The translations under genes were made by a program, and so were the position numbers. A stretch of DNA of 64,000 nucleotides from an uncultured Gammaproteobacteria bacterium (lineage in GTDB: Bacteria; Patescibacteriota; Microgenomatia; Levybacterales; UBA12049), in NCBI GenBank assembly GCA_964571255.1, contig CAZNAA010000001.1:702230-766229 (forward strand), written 5' to 3'. This document shows, piece by piece, positions 41,150 to 50,996 of the stretch. Every line of letters starts with the position of its first letter. The stretch's first letter is position 1. The notes below the pieces were generated by a model. It searched no databases. It was not told the origin of the DNA and saw nothing but the letters and a program-made list of their open reading frames with translations.

Positions 41150-43543
41150 ATGTTTATTCCTAATTTTTTTGATGCACTGAGTTGGTATACCCTTCTTCTT
41201 TTTATAGGATTATTGTTTTTTCCCATAAGTAATTATTTCTTTTCTTCTTTTTTTGATAGAGGCTTTGCTTTCTCCAAAGTGGTAGGAATGGTTCTTATTA
41301 GTTACAGCATGTATGTATTCGGAACACTCCATTTACTTCCCTTTACACAAATTAGCTTGCTTTTTATTTTACTTTTTTGGGGAGGACTCAGTGTCTACCT
41401 TTTCTTTACTCATACGTTAAAAGTTAAAAAGACTGAAAGAAGACGACTGCTTTGGGTGTTTTTGTTAGAAGAAATCCTATTTCTACTTTGCTTTCTTTCT
41501 TGGCTCTACGTTCGTTCTTTTTCTCCTGATATTCATAGTTTAGAAAAATACATGGATTTTGGGTTTATGAATAGTATTCTCAAATCGACCTACTTTCCTC
41601 CAAAAGATATGTGGTTTGCTCCTTTTGCTATTAACTACTATTATTTTGGGCATTTGGTAACAGCAGTTCTAACCAAGTTGTCTCACTTATCTTCAGGACT
41701 TACCTATAACTTCATGCTCTCCTCAATTGTCGGATTTTGCTTCACTATGGTATTTTCACTGGCCACTACTCTTTTTTCCCGTCTCCCAAAAATACAACTG
41801 AAATATATTCTCCTCACAGGAATACTCGCTGCACTTCTTACCACCTTTGGAGGGAACTTGCATACTCTCTATGCCTTTTTTAAACCATACAACACAGAAA
41901 AACCAGAATTTTTCTTCTCAATCAAAAAAGAAACACAATGGAAATTTAAATCTCTTGAATTCTCTCTTTTTAATCTATGTTTCAACTCACCTTCCTATTA
42001 TGACTCTCAGTCAAAAACTAAAATTATTTGTTCAGATACAGAACAACAACAACGCTTCACCTATCCCAACGCGTATTGGTATCCTAACGCAACTCGGTTT
42101 ATTTATAACACTATTCATGAGTTTCCCATTTATTCCTGGGTTGTTGCAGATTTACACGGTCACGTATTAGATATCCCCTTTGTTTTATTAGTACTAGCTT
42201 TGCTTCTCGCGTTTTTTACTCATCCTGCTTCTCTCCCTTCACTTTCTTTTTCCTCACTTCGCAGTAGTGTCAAAAAAGATCTTTTATATCTAGTAGCTTT
42301 AGGTTGTGGAATTGGAGTACTCTATATGACAAATGCCTGGGACGGAATAATTTATCTCACTCTTACTGAAATTGTGATTGTTATTCGTTTTCTTCTTCCG
42401 TTTAAAACTTCTTGGCTTCGTGAAGGAATGGATAAGTGGAGACAAATTGGACTAGGAACACTTGCCTCAAGTGGAGTTGTTGGAAGTATTTTCTTACTTA
42501 CCTCTCTTCCTTTTTCTTTTCATATTACCCCTCCCGTTTCAGGAATTGGCGTACTGTGCGTACCAGAACCTATTATTCAAAAAGTAATTGAGTTAAATAC
42601 TCCGCTTACCTTACCTGCCCGAGAGAAAATAATTGCAGAAACAAAAATGGGGAGAATTGGCCCATTTGTCCTTGAGAAAAATCACTGCCAACATACCCCG
42701 TTGTGGCAATTTGGCATATTATATGGCCACTTTGCCTTCTTTACTATTGCACTTATTCTTTTCTTGAGAAAAAAGGAAAAAGAAAGATCTGACATATTTA
42801 TCCTTACTCTAGCTGGCTTTTCTACTCTCCTTCTTGTTATTCCTGAGTTTATTTATCTTCGTGATATTTATCCAGATCACTACAGAGCCAATACGATGTT
42901 TAAGCTTGCCTTCCAAGCGTTTATGCTCTTGTCTCTCGTGAGTGGGTATAGTTTTTTAAGAATTCTCTCCTCCACTTCCAAGAAATCTTTTTGGGGAATG
43001 ATGAGAAGAGGTATGTTTCTTTTCTTCAGTATTATTATTTTAACTCTTCTTTTTATCTATCCATACTTTGCCATTACGTCATTCTACGGAAACCTTAGTG
43101 AAACAAATAGAAGAGCAAAAAGTTTGGATGGAACTGTCTATCTTTCTGCTTTGTATCCAACAGATGTTGCAGGAATTCGATTTTTAAACAACGTCGTTAC
43201 TGAACAAAAAATTATTTTAGAAGCACAAGGAGATTCCTATACCGATTATGGCAGAGTTTCAGTTCATACTGGCCTTCCAACAGTATTGGGGTGGTATGTC
43301 CATGAATGGCTATGGAGAGGATCAAGTGACGTACCTGCACCACGGGTAAGTGATATCCAAAGAATCTATGAGACAACAGATGTTCAAGAAGCCAAAACCT
43401 TACTCAATAAATATGACGTGTCATATGTTTTCATTGGGAAATTAGAAAAAGATAAATATCCTCTCTTGTCTGAGGAAAAGTTTACAAAACTAGGAGTACG
43501 GATTTTTCAAAGTGGAGAAACCACTATTTATCAACTACCTTAA
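41150..43543 (+). CDS. Chlor_Arch_YYY (DUF2298) domain membrane protein
   Basis: 797 aa polytopic protein containing the AINYYYFGHL motif characteristic of the chloroflexi/archaeal YYY family; C-terminal soluble domain. Confidence 0.45.
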   Translation: MFIPNFFDALSWYTLLLFIGLLFFPISNYFFSSFFDRGFAFSKVVGMVLISYSMYVFGTLHLLPFTQISLLFILLFWGGLSVYLFFTHTLKVKKTERRRLLWVFLLEEILFLLCFLSWLYVRSFSPDIHSLEKYMDFGFMNSILKSTYFPPKDMWFAPFAINYYYFGHLVTAVLTKLSHLSSGLTYNFMLSSIVGFCFTMVFSLATTLFSRLPKIQLKYILLTGILAALLTTFGGNLHTLYAFFKPYNTEKPEFFFSIKKETQWKFKSLEFSLFNLCFNSPSYYDSQSKTKIICSDTEQQQRFTYPNAYWYPNATRFIYNTIHEFPIYSWVVADLHGHVLDIPFVLLVLALLLAFFTHPASLPSLSFSSLRSSVKKDLLYLVALGCGIGVLYMTNAWDGIIYLTLTEIVIVIRFLLPFKTSWLREGMDKWRQIGLGTLASSGVVGSIFLLTSLPFSFHITPPVSGIGVLCVPEPIIQKVIELNTPLTLPAREKIIAETKMGRIGPFVLEKNHCQHTPLWQFGILYGHFAFFTIALILFLRKKEKERSDIFILTLAGFSTLLLVIPEFIYLRDIYPDHYRANTMFKLAFQAFMLLSLVSGYSFLRILSSTSKKSFWGMMRRGMFLFFSIIILTLLFIYPYFAITSFYGNLSETNRRAKSLDGTVYLSALYPTDVAGIRFLNNVVTEQKIILEAQGDSYTDYGRVSVHTGLPTVLGWYVHEWLWRGSSDVPAPRVSDIQRIYETTDVQEAKTLLNKYDVSYVFIGKLEKDKYPLLSEEKFTKLGVRIFQSGETTIYQLP

Positions 43544-44618
43544 TTTCTGTTTGCTTTTTAACGAATGCTTGAATCTCGGTATATATTCCATTTCCTACTT
43601 TTGGAATTAAAACCCATTGATACCCAAACTCCTCACTCAGTGGGGGATTAACAAGAAGTCCCTCTCTCTCTTCATCTCCTGCGTCAATAACAGCACTGGA
43701 AATTTTTCCATGCTGCATTTTTTGAGCCAGACGAATAAAATCATCAAACTCGTCTTGGGAAATATCTGTGTCAATACTGGATTTTACGGTTTCATATAAT
43801 CCCGAAACTTTGAGAGGATTCAAAAGCGTTCCGGCTGAAAAGACTTTTTCCCGTACGGCTTGAATTACTTTCTCTTGTCTTTTTGATCTAGCAAAATCAG
43901 ATCCCTCAACTCCTAGCGCGTGACGGGAGCGAACGAATTTTAAAGCTAGTTCTCCGTTCATGTGTTGTTTTCCTTTAGGAATATATACGTGTTCATATCG
44001 ACAAGGAAATGCGTCTAATTGAGACGAGGCTGTTGCTAAAAGTGGTAACTCTTCCTCTGGCTTTTCGCAGGTATCTGTTTCTTTTCCAGATATTGGGTAT
44101 TCATAATCATCAAGAATTCTCTCTACCTCAACATCAATTCCTCCAAGAAGGTCAATGATTTGAACAAAGCCTGTAAAATCCACCCTCACAGCATAATCTA
44201 TTTTTTGATTCACGACTCTCCCCACTACTGCTTTTACAAGAGGCAAACCTGTTCCTGCTTTTTCATCCTCTCCATTGGCATAGGCTTTATTAATTTTTGA
44301 GTTAATCTCTTTTACCCATAAGTCTCTGGGAAGAGAGACAAGGTGTGCTGTTTGAGAAGCTGAATCAACACTTGCAAAAATGATTGTATCTGTCAGATTT
44401 GGTCCATCATGTTTTCCTCCCCCAATACCCAATAGGAGAATATTAATCTTATTGTTCTCAGCTCGCTTTAACCCAATCTCTTTATGGAAAAGGAGCTGAT
44501 ACAAAACAGGAGCATATCGTATTCCTTCAACAATAAACTTCCCAACAAACACAAGAAAAATTATTCCTACCACGAGAAGCATTTGCTTAGTTTTAGTCAG
44601 GGTTTGGGGCTTATGCAT
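43524..44618 (-). CDS. LCP (LytR-CpsA-Psr) family cell-envelope polymer transferase
   Basis: N-terminal TM; LLGIGGGKHDGPNLTDTIIFASV...LVSLPRDLWV core LCP motifs. Confidence 0.8.
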   Translation of the reverse strand: MHKPQTLTKTKQMLLVVGIIFLVFVGKFIVEGIRYAPVLYQLLFHKEIGLKRAENNKINILLLGIGGGKHDGPNLTDTIIFASVDSASQTAHLVSLPRDLWVKEINSKINKAYANGEDEKAGTGLPLVKAVVGRVVNQKIDYAVRVDFTGFVQIIDLLGGIDVEVERILDDYEYPISGKETDTCEKPEEELPLLATASSQLDAFPCRYEHVYIPKGKQHMNGELALKFVRSRHALGVEGSDFARSKRQEKVIQAVREKVFSAGTLLNPLKVSGLYETVKSSIDTDISQDEFDDFIRLAQKMQHGKISSAVIDAGDEEREGLLVNPPLSEEFGYQWVLIPKVGNGIYTEIQAFVKKQTEIKVVDK

Positions 44619-44622
44619 ACTG

Positions 44623-45282
44623 TTACGTTATCGCTTCTAAAAGAGAGAGAGTTGTTTCTACTTCAATACTCGCAGTCCCCACCAAAACCCCTGACAGAAC
44701 AGAAGAGGAGAGATACTTCATGATATTTTTTGACTCCACACTTCCTCCGTATAGTACTTCTACTCCTGGTTTTTTTTCTTTTATCTCTCGTGCTACGCGC
44801 TCTGTTTCTTCAATATTTTCTGCCTCTCCTGTCCCAATTGAGCTAGGTGGTTCATAGGCAACTACATTCACTCCTGAAGGAATGGGAGTTGATTCTGATT
44901 GGACACAAAAAAGTGGAGCAAGATGGGAGTTGAGTGCCATCTCAACTTTTTTCTCTAAAACATCTGGTGTTTCTGATAGGTATTGACGTCTTTCACTATG
45001 TCCAATAAGCGCGTACTGAGCAAACTCTTTAACAAGAGAGGCGGGAACTTCACCAGTATAGGACCCTTCAGAAAGTGAGGAGACGTCCTGGCTTGAGAGA
45101 AGAAAAGGAAGACCCTTTTTTTGTACGTATTCTGAACAAAAAGATAAAAGAGTATAGGGGACTGCGAGAACGTAAAAGTAATTTGAAGAAAAAGAAGTTT
45201 GAGAGAGTGCATCAAGCCACTCTTTCGCTTCCATGGTGGTTTTTCGAGCTTTCCAATTAAGCACTATTAGTGAGTTTTTCAT
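44623..45282 (-). CDS. tpiA: triose-phosphate isomerase
   Basis: NWK, IGHSERR, AYEPPSSIGTG and YGGSV motifs; shorter than usual at 219 aa. Confidence 0.8.
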   Translation of the reverse strand: MKNSLIVLNWKARKTTMEAKEWLDALSQTSFSSNYFYVLAVPYTLLSFCSEYVQKKGLPFLLSSQDVSSLSEGSYTGEVPASLVKEFAQYALIGHSERRQYLSETPDVLEKKVEMALNSHLAPLFCVQSESTPIPSGVNVVAYEPPSSIGTGEAENIEETERVAREIKEKKPGVEVLYGGSVESKNIMKYLSSSVLSGVLVGTASIEVETTLSLLEAIT

Positions 45283-45318
45283 ATGCTAGAATAGTATGAC
45301 TATTACAGAGTATACTCT

Positions 45319-47145
45319 ATGCCAGAACAACTGCTCAAGTCTTTAAATCCTCAACAACAAGAAGCTGTTATCAACTCAGTAGGTCCCTCCATTATTTTAG
45401 CAGGAGCAGGCAGTGGAAAAACAAGAGTTTTGACTTATAAGGTACTCTATCTTGTTCTGGAAAAGCAGATCGATCCATCAGAGATATTGATGGTCACGTT
45501 CACAAATAAAGCAGCTGGAGAGATGAAGGAGAGAATTCAAACTTTTTTTGGAGAGTACCGCATTGGATCCCTTCCTCTGGTTACTACCTTTCATTCTCTT
45601 GGAGCTCGCCTTCTCAGACGTCATCCTGACAGAGTGGGTTTATCAACGGATTTTACGATTTATGATTCGACTGATCAGATTGACGCCATAAAAGAAGTGA
45701 TGCATAGCTTAGGTATTTCTCCAAAAGACGTAAAACCTAGTGCAGCACTCGGGACTATCTCCAATGCAAAAAATGAGCTGCTCTCCCCTGATCTCTATGC
45801 AAGTTTTTCTCGTGGACAATTTCAAGTTGCTGTTTCTAAAATCTATACTGCCTATCAAAAGCTATTGCAACAAAATAATGCAGTTGATTTTGACGACTTA
45901 GTCTTAAAAGGCGTCATGCTTTTAAAAGAAAATCCTGATTTAGCCCAGAAATATCAACAAACCTTTCAATATATTTTAATTGATGAGTATCAAGATACAA
46001 ATAAACCTCAATATGAATTTACCAAACTTCTCTCAAAACAAGCAAAGCATATTTGCGTGGTTGGAGACTTCTCTCAAAGTATCTATTCCTGGAGAGGAGC
46101 AGATTTTCAAAATCTCAAACGGTTTGAAGTGGATTTTCCTGGAACCAAAACCTTTTCTCTTTCCCAAAATTACCGATCAACTCAAACCATACTTGACGGA
46201 GCAACAGCTGTGATCAAAAAGAACACACTCCACCCAGTGTTGAAACTATGGACAGAAAATCCTCAAGGAGAATCTATTGAAGTCTATGAAGCAAAATCAG
46301 AACAAGATGAAGCGGACTTTATTATTCAGAAACTAATAGAGCGGGGAGTGAGTAAATTAGCAGACAACGCCGTACTCTATCGAACCAATGCCCAGTCTCG
46401 AGTGATCGAAGAAGCTTTTCTGCATCATGGAATTCCCTATACCCTTATTGGCGGAACGCGGTTTTATGAAAGAAAAGAGGTAAAAGATGTTTTGTCTTAT
46501 CTTCGACTCGTTGCTAATCCTACAGATTCTGTTTCAAAAACACGAGCTGAAAAATTAGGGAAAGGAAGATTTAGTGCTTTTGAAGAATTTCTCTCTACCA
46601 AGTCAGCTGAAGAGCGAGAAAAAACGATTGATTTACTTGATCAAATTCTTGAAAAAACTAACTATCTTTCTCTGTACAACGAAGAAGATCCAGAAGATAT
46701 GGCCCGACTTGAAAACATTAAAGAATTACGATCTGTTGCCTATAGCTTTCCTGATCTCATTGAGTTTTTAGAAAATGTTGCCTTAGTTGAGAAAGAGTAT
46801 TCAACTGAGGACGAGAAAGCCACTAAAAACACGGTTACGCTTATGACGCTTCATGCAGCCAAAGGATTAGAATTTCCTGTTATTTTTATGGTTGGCATGG
46901 AGGAGGGGATTTTTCCTCATAGTAGATCGCTTATGGATAAGCATGAATTGGAAGAAGAAAGAAGACTTTGTTATGTTGGAATTACAAGAGCTCGGGAAAA
47001 GCTCTATTTGACCTATGCTAAAAAAAGACTTTTTTTCGGACAAAGAACTGCAGGAGTCATGAGCCGCTTCCTTTTCGATTTGCCAGAAGAAGCTCTTTTA
47101 CAGCATACTAGTACTAGTTCCTATTTTGATCCTTATGACGTTTAG
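45319..47145 (+). CDS. UvrD/PcrA/Rep family ATP-dependent DNA helicase (short form)
   Basis: Walker A AGAGSGKTRVLTYKV, DEYQDTN motif II, VGDFSQSIYSWRGA motif III. Confidence 0.85.
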   Translation: MPEQLLKSLNPQQQEAVINSVGPSIILAGAGSGKTRVLTYKVLYLVLEKQIDPSEILMVTFTNKAAGEMKERIQTFFGEYRIGSLPLVTTFHSLGARLLRRHPDRVGLSTDFTIYDSTDQIDAIKEVMHSLGISPKDVKPSAALGTISNAKNELLSPDLYASFSRGQFQVAVSKIYTAYQKLLQQNNAVDFDDLVLKGVMLLKENPDLAQKYQQTFQYILIDEYQDTNKPQYEFTKLLSKQAKHICVVGDFSQSIYSWRGADFQNLKRFEVDFPGTKTFSLSQNYRSTQTILDGATAVIKKNTLHPVLKLWTENPQGESIEVYEAKSEQDEADFIIQKLIERGVSKLADNAVLYRTNAQSRVIEEAFLHHGIPYTLIGGTRFYERKEVKDVLSYLRLVANPTDSVSKTRAEKLGKGRFSAFEEFLSTKSAEEREKTIDLLDQILEKTNYLSLYNEEDPEDMARLENIKELRSVAYSFPDLIEFLENVALVEKEYSTEDEKATKNTVTLMTLHAAKGLEFPVIFMVGMEEGIFPHSRSLMDKHELEEERRLCYVGITRAREKLYLTYAKKRLFFGQRTAGVMSRFLFDLPEEALLQHTSTSSYFDPYDV

Positions 47146-48160
47146 AGATGTAACAGATGCTGATTTTGAGTTATTTAACTCCCTCGCACTTCACCCTATG
47201 CAAACTATTGAGTGGGGAGAGTTTCGCAGAAAAACTGGAGTAACAGTTATGCGAAGAATAGGGGAGGAGAATGGGAAAGCCGTTTTAGCTTATCAAATGA
47301 CTATTCATCCCCTTCCCCTTTCTCTTTTTACCATTGGGTATGTTCCAAAAACAGAGTATCCTAGTGAAGAAATGCTTCAGGACTTAAAGGAAGTAGGGGA
47401 GAGAGCAAAGTGTATCTATGTTCAACTAGAGCCACAAAGCACCAAGTCTGCTGATACCCTTCTTACTAGATCTGATATCAGTCTTTCTCATCACCCTCTT
47501 TTCACCCAAACAACCTTTTTCCTTGATCTAACTCATTCTGAGAAAGAACTACTAGAGGCTATGCACCAAAAAACCAGATACAACATTTCCGTTGCAGAAA
47601 AGAACAAGGTTGAAGTGAAAGAGGATAACTCAGAAGAAGCATTTCTTACGTATCTTCGCCTTACCGAAGAAACAGCTAAGCGGCAAGGATTTTTCGCACA
47701 CTCTCCTCTCTATCACAGACTGCAATGGGAAACACTGAAGCATGTAAGAAAAAGTCCACAAGACTTCACAACTCACCTACTTCTTGCTTCCTATACTCCA
47801 CCAAACAGTCATCCTATTCCTTTAGCTGCCTGGATTGTTTTTCTTTTTAAAGATACACTTTACTATCCCTATGGGGCATCAAGTGAGTTATATCGAGAAA
47901 CAATGGCCTCAACCAAAATGATGTGGGAGGTAATCATGTTTGGGAAAAAACATCAAGCCCAATCTCTTGATATGTGGGGAGCAGCAAAAAAAGAAGAACC
48001 AGATCCATCTGATCCGTACTCAGGATTTCATCGGTTCAAGAAAAACTTCGGAGCTAGATTTACGCAGCTTACTCCAAGTATTGATCTGATTATTTCACCA
48101 ACTTTGTATCGACTTTTTATTCTTGTTAACACACTTCGATGGAGAATCTTGAAAAGATAA
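47126..48160 (+). CDS. FemAB-family (GNAT-fold) peptidoglycan peptide-bridge aminoacyltransferase-like
   Basis: N-terminal QTIEWGEFRRKTG and C-terminal GFHRFKKNFGA resemble FemX/FemAB motifs; overlaps the helicase 3' end. Confidence 0.4.
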   Translation: MILMTFRDVTDADFELFNSLALHPMQTIEWGEFRRKTGVTVMRRIGEENGKAVLAYQMTIHPLPLSLFTIGYVPKTEYPSEEMLQDLKEVGERAKCIYVQLEPQSTKSADTLLTRSDISLSHHPLFTQTTFFLDLTHSEKELLEAMHQKTRYNISVAEKNKVEVKEDNSEEAFLTYLRLTEETAKRQGFFAHSPLYHRLQWETLKHVRKSPQDFTTHLLLASYTPPNSHPIPLAAWIVFLFKDTLYYPYGASSELYRETMASTKMMWEVIMFGKKHQAQSLDMWGAAKKEEPDPSDPYSGFHRFKKNFGARFTQLTPSIDLIISPTLYRLFILVNTLRWRILKR

Positions 48161-49764
48161 TGAAAAAGCTGTTTTCTTCCTTTTCCAAACTCCCTCTCTC
48201 CTACCTTCTCACCATTCTTATAGGTATAGGATTTTTTACTTATCTCAATATTCTGCCCAATGAGCTTTTTTATGATGATGAGTTCTTTATTTATAATAAT
48301 GAGTATGTTAAATCATTTGACTTGATCAAATACTTTACTGAAAATGTTGATGCAGGAGGAGGGATAGTAAGTAACTATTATCGCCCACTCCTTCTCACTC
48401 TTTTTGGACTCTCTTACCAAATAGCGGGAGACTCTGGATGGATCTATCATCTTCTTAGTCTTTCCTTTCACCTCACAGCAGGAGTTGGGATTTTTTTTGT
48501 TTTATATCGTTTATTTCCAAGAAGTGTTGCCTTTCTTACCTCTCTTCTTTTTCTTATTCACCCTATCCAAACCGAATCTATTTCTTATGCATCAGGTATT
48601 AGTGACCCGCTATATGTAACCTGTATTGCACTTACCCTTCTTTCTTTTCTCAAAAACACTACATGGAGCCGTTATACCACGCCTTTATTTTTCCTACTTG
48701 CTCTTCTTTCCAAAGAAGCAGCACTCATCAGCTTAGGGCTTATGCCACTTTGTCTTTGGCTGCAGGAAGGGAAAAAAATTCAGAAAACATATAAAAACTA
48801 TTTGACCCCCTATATACTTAGTGTTCTTATTTTCTTTTTTTACGGAACTCTTCGCTTAACGGTATTGAATTTTGAAAACACGTTAAACTTCTTAAATGAT
48901 AATTCTCTTTATGCTACTAATGTTTTTGTTCGCCTCTTTACCTTTCTTTCCATTCTTCCAACCTATCTAGGCTTACTACTTTTTCCACATACTTTGTATA
49001 TTGAACGAGTTGCTCAGGTTGTTTTGACTCCTACTATTTTGGAACTAGGAGTAGTTATGGGGATTCTTGCAGTCATTCTTATTAGTATTCGGTCAAAAAT
49101 TCTTTTTTTTGGCATCATGTGGTTTTTTATCAGTATTATCCCCGCTAGTGGAATTACTCCCATTAATGGAATTATCTATGAACATTTCCTCTATCTACCT
49201 TCTGTGGGAATTTTCTTTCTTTTTTCCTACGGAGCGTATTGGCTCATACTACAAGTAAAAAACGACATAACCAGGGTATTCATTCTTGGAATACTCCTCT
49301 TGCTTTGCCTAACCTTTATCACTCGTACGATGATTCGAAATACCGAGTGGAATAATCCTTTAGTGTTTTACTCACACCTTCTGGCCCATAATCCTCAAAG
49401 TGTTCGGGCCTTAAATAATTACGGCATGGCACTTGCTAAAAATGGAGAGCAAAAAGAAGCAATTAGGTACTATGAGAGGGCTATTTCTCTACCTAATGGA
49501 TATCCTCAAATCTATTTTAATTTAGGAAATTCTTACTATGCCATAGGCGATCTGACAAAAGCAGAAACAGCGTATATACAGGCAGTAGAAAATTCAGAAG
49601 AGTTCTATAGAGCATATCAAAATCTGTATACTCTTTATCTTGCCTCTGGAGAAAAAGAGAAAGCCAATACCCTTCTTGAGAAAATAAAAGAAAAAGGAAA
49701 AACAAATCAACAGTTTACTCTTTTATATGAATATCTTTCTTCTGTCTCTGAGGAAAAAAGATAA
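48139..49764 (+). CDS. polytopic membrane protein with C-terminal TPR repeats (TMTC/PMT-like)
   Basis: ~11 TM helices followed by TPR units (ALNNYGMALAKNGEQKEAIRYYERAI...). Confidence 0.5.
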   Translation: MENLEKIMKKLFSSFSKLPLSYLLTILIGIGFFTYLNILPNELFYDDEFFIYNNEYVKSFDLIKYFTENVDAGGGIVSNYYRPLLLTLFGLSYQIAGDSGWIYHLLSLSFHLTAGVGIFFVLYRLFPRSVAFLTSLLFLIHPIQTESISYASGISDPLYVTCIALTLLSFLKNTTWSRYTTPLFFLLALLSKEAALISLGLMPLCLWLQEGKKIQKTYKNYLTPYILSVLIFFFYGTLRLTVLNFENTLNFLNDNSLYATNVFVRLFTFLSILPTYLGLLLFPHTLYIERVAQVVLTPTILELGVVMGILAVILISIRSKILFFGIMWFFISIIPASGITPINGIIYEHFLYLPSVGIFFLFSYGAYWLILQVKNDITRVFILGILLLLCLTFITRTMIRNTEWNNPLVFYSHLLAHNPQSVRALNNYGMALAKNGEQKEAIRYYERAISLPNGYPQIYFNLGNSYYAIGDLTKAETAYIQAVENSEEFYRAYQNLYTLYLASGEKEKANTLLEKIKEKGKTNQQFTLLYEYLSSVSEEKR

Positions 49765-50361
49765 TTACTTTTTCTTCAGGGGGGTTGGAGTTTTTTTCGT
49801 GGATGCTTTTACAGCTTCTTTTTTCTTTTTAGAAACTTCATAGACAAAGAGTTTGTGGGCTTTATTTTCAGCAATAATGGGGAAGTAGGGGATAGGGTAG
49901 CGATAACTAATAACTCGTGTCCCCTCTTTTAGTTCTTTTTCTAATTTGGGTTGTAATTTTAATAACGCTCGGGGGACTAAGTAAGTATACACAACAGTAG
50001 CAGGGGAAAGATCAACCTCATGAAAATTCTTTTTAATAATCGTTATTTTGTCTCCTGTCTTTTCTTTCCAGTTGAGAATTCGAGATTGAGTAACACGTAG
50101 GGGATCTACTTCAATACCAACACTTCTGACTCCAAACTCTTTGGCAAGAGTTCTTAAGTTTTCTCCATCACCTGATCCCAACTCGTAGACTAAATCCTTA
50201 TTCGTAATCTTTCCTACTTTTTTAATAGCTCGAGCAACTTTTGCATCTGTTTTCCACCACGGCGCCCAAGGTGAATCTGGAGGCCAGAACCATGAGAGGA
50301 GATAAAAAAGAAAGATAATAATAAGAAGAACAATAATCTCAGAAAGAATAAACCAAATCAC
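49765..50361 (-). CDS. membrane-anchored class I SAM-dependent methyltransferase
   Basis: N-terminal TM; motif I VYELGSGDGENLRTLA. Confidence 0.6.
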   Translation of the reverse strand: MIWFILSEIIVLLIIIFLFYLLSWFWPPDSPWAPWWKTDAKVARAIKKVGKITNKDLVYELGSGDGENLRTLAKEFGVRSVGIEVDPLRVTQSRILNWKEKTGDKITIIKKNFHEVDLSPATVVYTYLVPRALLKLQPKLEKELKEGTRVISYRYPIPYFPIIAENKAHKLFVYEVSKKKKEAVKASTKKTPTPLKKK

Positions 50362-50417
50362 GTGTATTATCGTAGCAGAAATAAAAAAGAAGGTATAGAG
50401 AAAAGGTAAGTGGTTTA

Positions 50418-50514
50418 GTGCCGGGGAGAGGAAGAGACGAGGTATTCGGCTTGTTAGCGCTCAACGCGCTTAGCCGATGTACCATCATCTTTTTTCTTCC
50501 TTCTCCCCAGGCAC
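50418..50514. repeat. 97 nt long-stem structured element, copy A (19 bp imperfect outer stem enclosing a 30 nt hairpin)
   Basis: Outer arms GTGCCGGGGAGAGGAAGAG / CTTCCTTCTCCCCAGGCAC; inner hairpin CGGCTTGTTAGCGCTCAACGCGCTTAGCCG; 3 mismatches to copy B at 52893..52989 over ~110 nt. Confidence 0.6.
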
Positions 50515-50525
50515 TTGAGCTCTTG

Positions 50526-50996
50526 CTATCGCGGGTTTGGGTTCCAGATCACTCCACTTTGGAGAAGTGCAAGAGGAGTCGTTCCTTCACTCATCTCCAC
50601 GTAGGTCTGGATTATTGCACCATGGGGGATATTCTTCCCTTTCGGGTCAAAGTGGCACTTGAGACGTGCCACAGTCGACGGCGAGGAGCAGACTGGCCAT
50701 TTGACTCCACCAAACTCAACCCAGATACTTATGCTTCGTTCAAACGAAGGACCAGTGACTACTACTTCAATTTCCACCAATCCCTCGGCGTTTTCCCGGG
50801 GGAGTCCATCAAATTTGATGAAGTCCTCCGACGTGTTTGAAGGAGTGGATGGGCGAGTAGGTACTGGTTTTGGTCGAGCCTGACTCGAGCGTGGGAGGTT
50901 GTCCCACGCCAAAGCAACGAAGATAAGAAGACCTACGAGTGCTACGGCAAAAGAACGCCATCCTGTCTGTTGTCGGTTACGTGATCGTTTGACCAT
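50526..50996 (-). CDS. signal-anchored secreted protein, module A (diverged paralog of 53002..53448)
   Basis: GGAGGTG Shine-Dalgarno before the ATG; basic N-terminus then hydrophobic helix; shares a C..FDP..IP.G..I block with the copy-B protein; visibly GC-rich. Confidence 0.5.
   Translation of the reverse strand: MVKRSRNRQQTGWRSFAVALVGLLIFVALAWDNLPRSSQARPKPVPTRPSTPSNTSEDFIKFDGLPRENAEGLVEIEVVVTGPSFERSISIWVEFGGVKWPVCSSPSTVARLKCHFDPKGKNIPHGAIIQTYVEMSEGTTPLALLQSGVIWNPNPR

Noticed and set aside
50418-50514. Integron attC recombination site
   Set aside because: The inverted-repeat hairpin is superficially attC-like, but I cannot find R''/R' core sites (RYYYAAC / GTTRRRY) at the arm boundaries, and there is no intI or attI nearby.
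50418-50840. 140 aa plus-strand ORF beginning inside the 97 nt repeat element
   Set aside because: It runs antisense through the module-A secreted-protein gene. The equivalent frame in copy B hits a stop after 41 codons, and it starts on GTG with no SD. It is an artefact of the conserved repeat rather than a gene.
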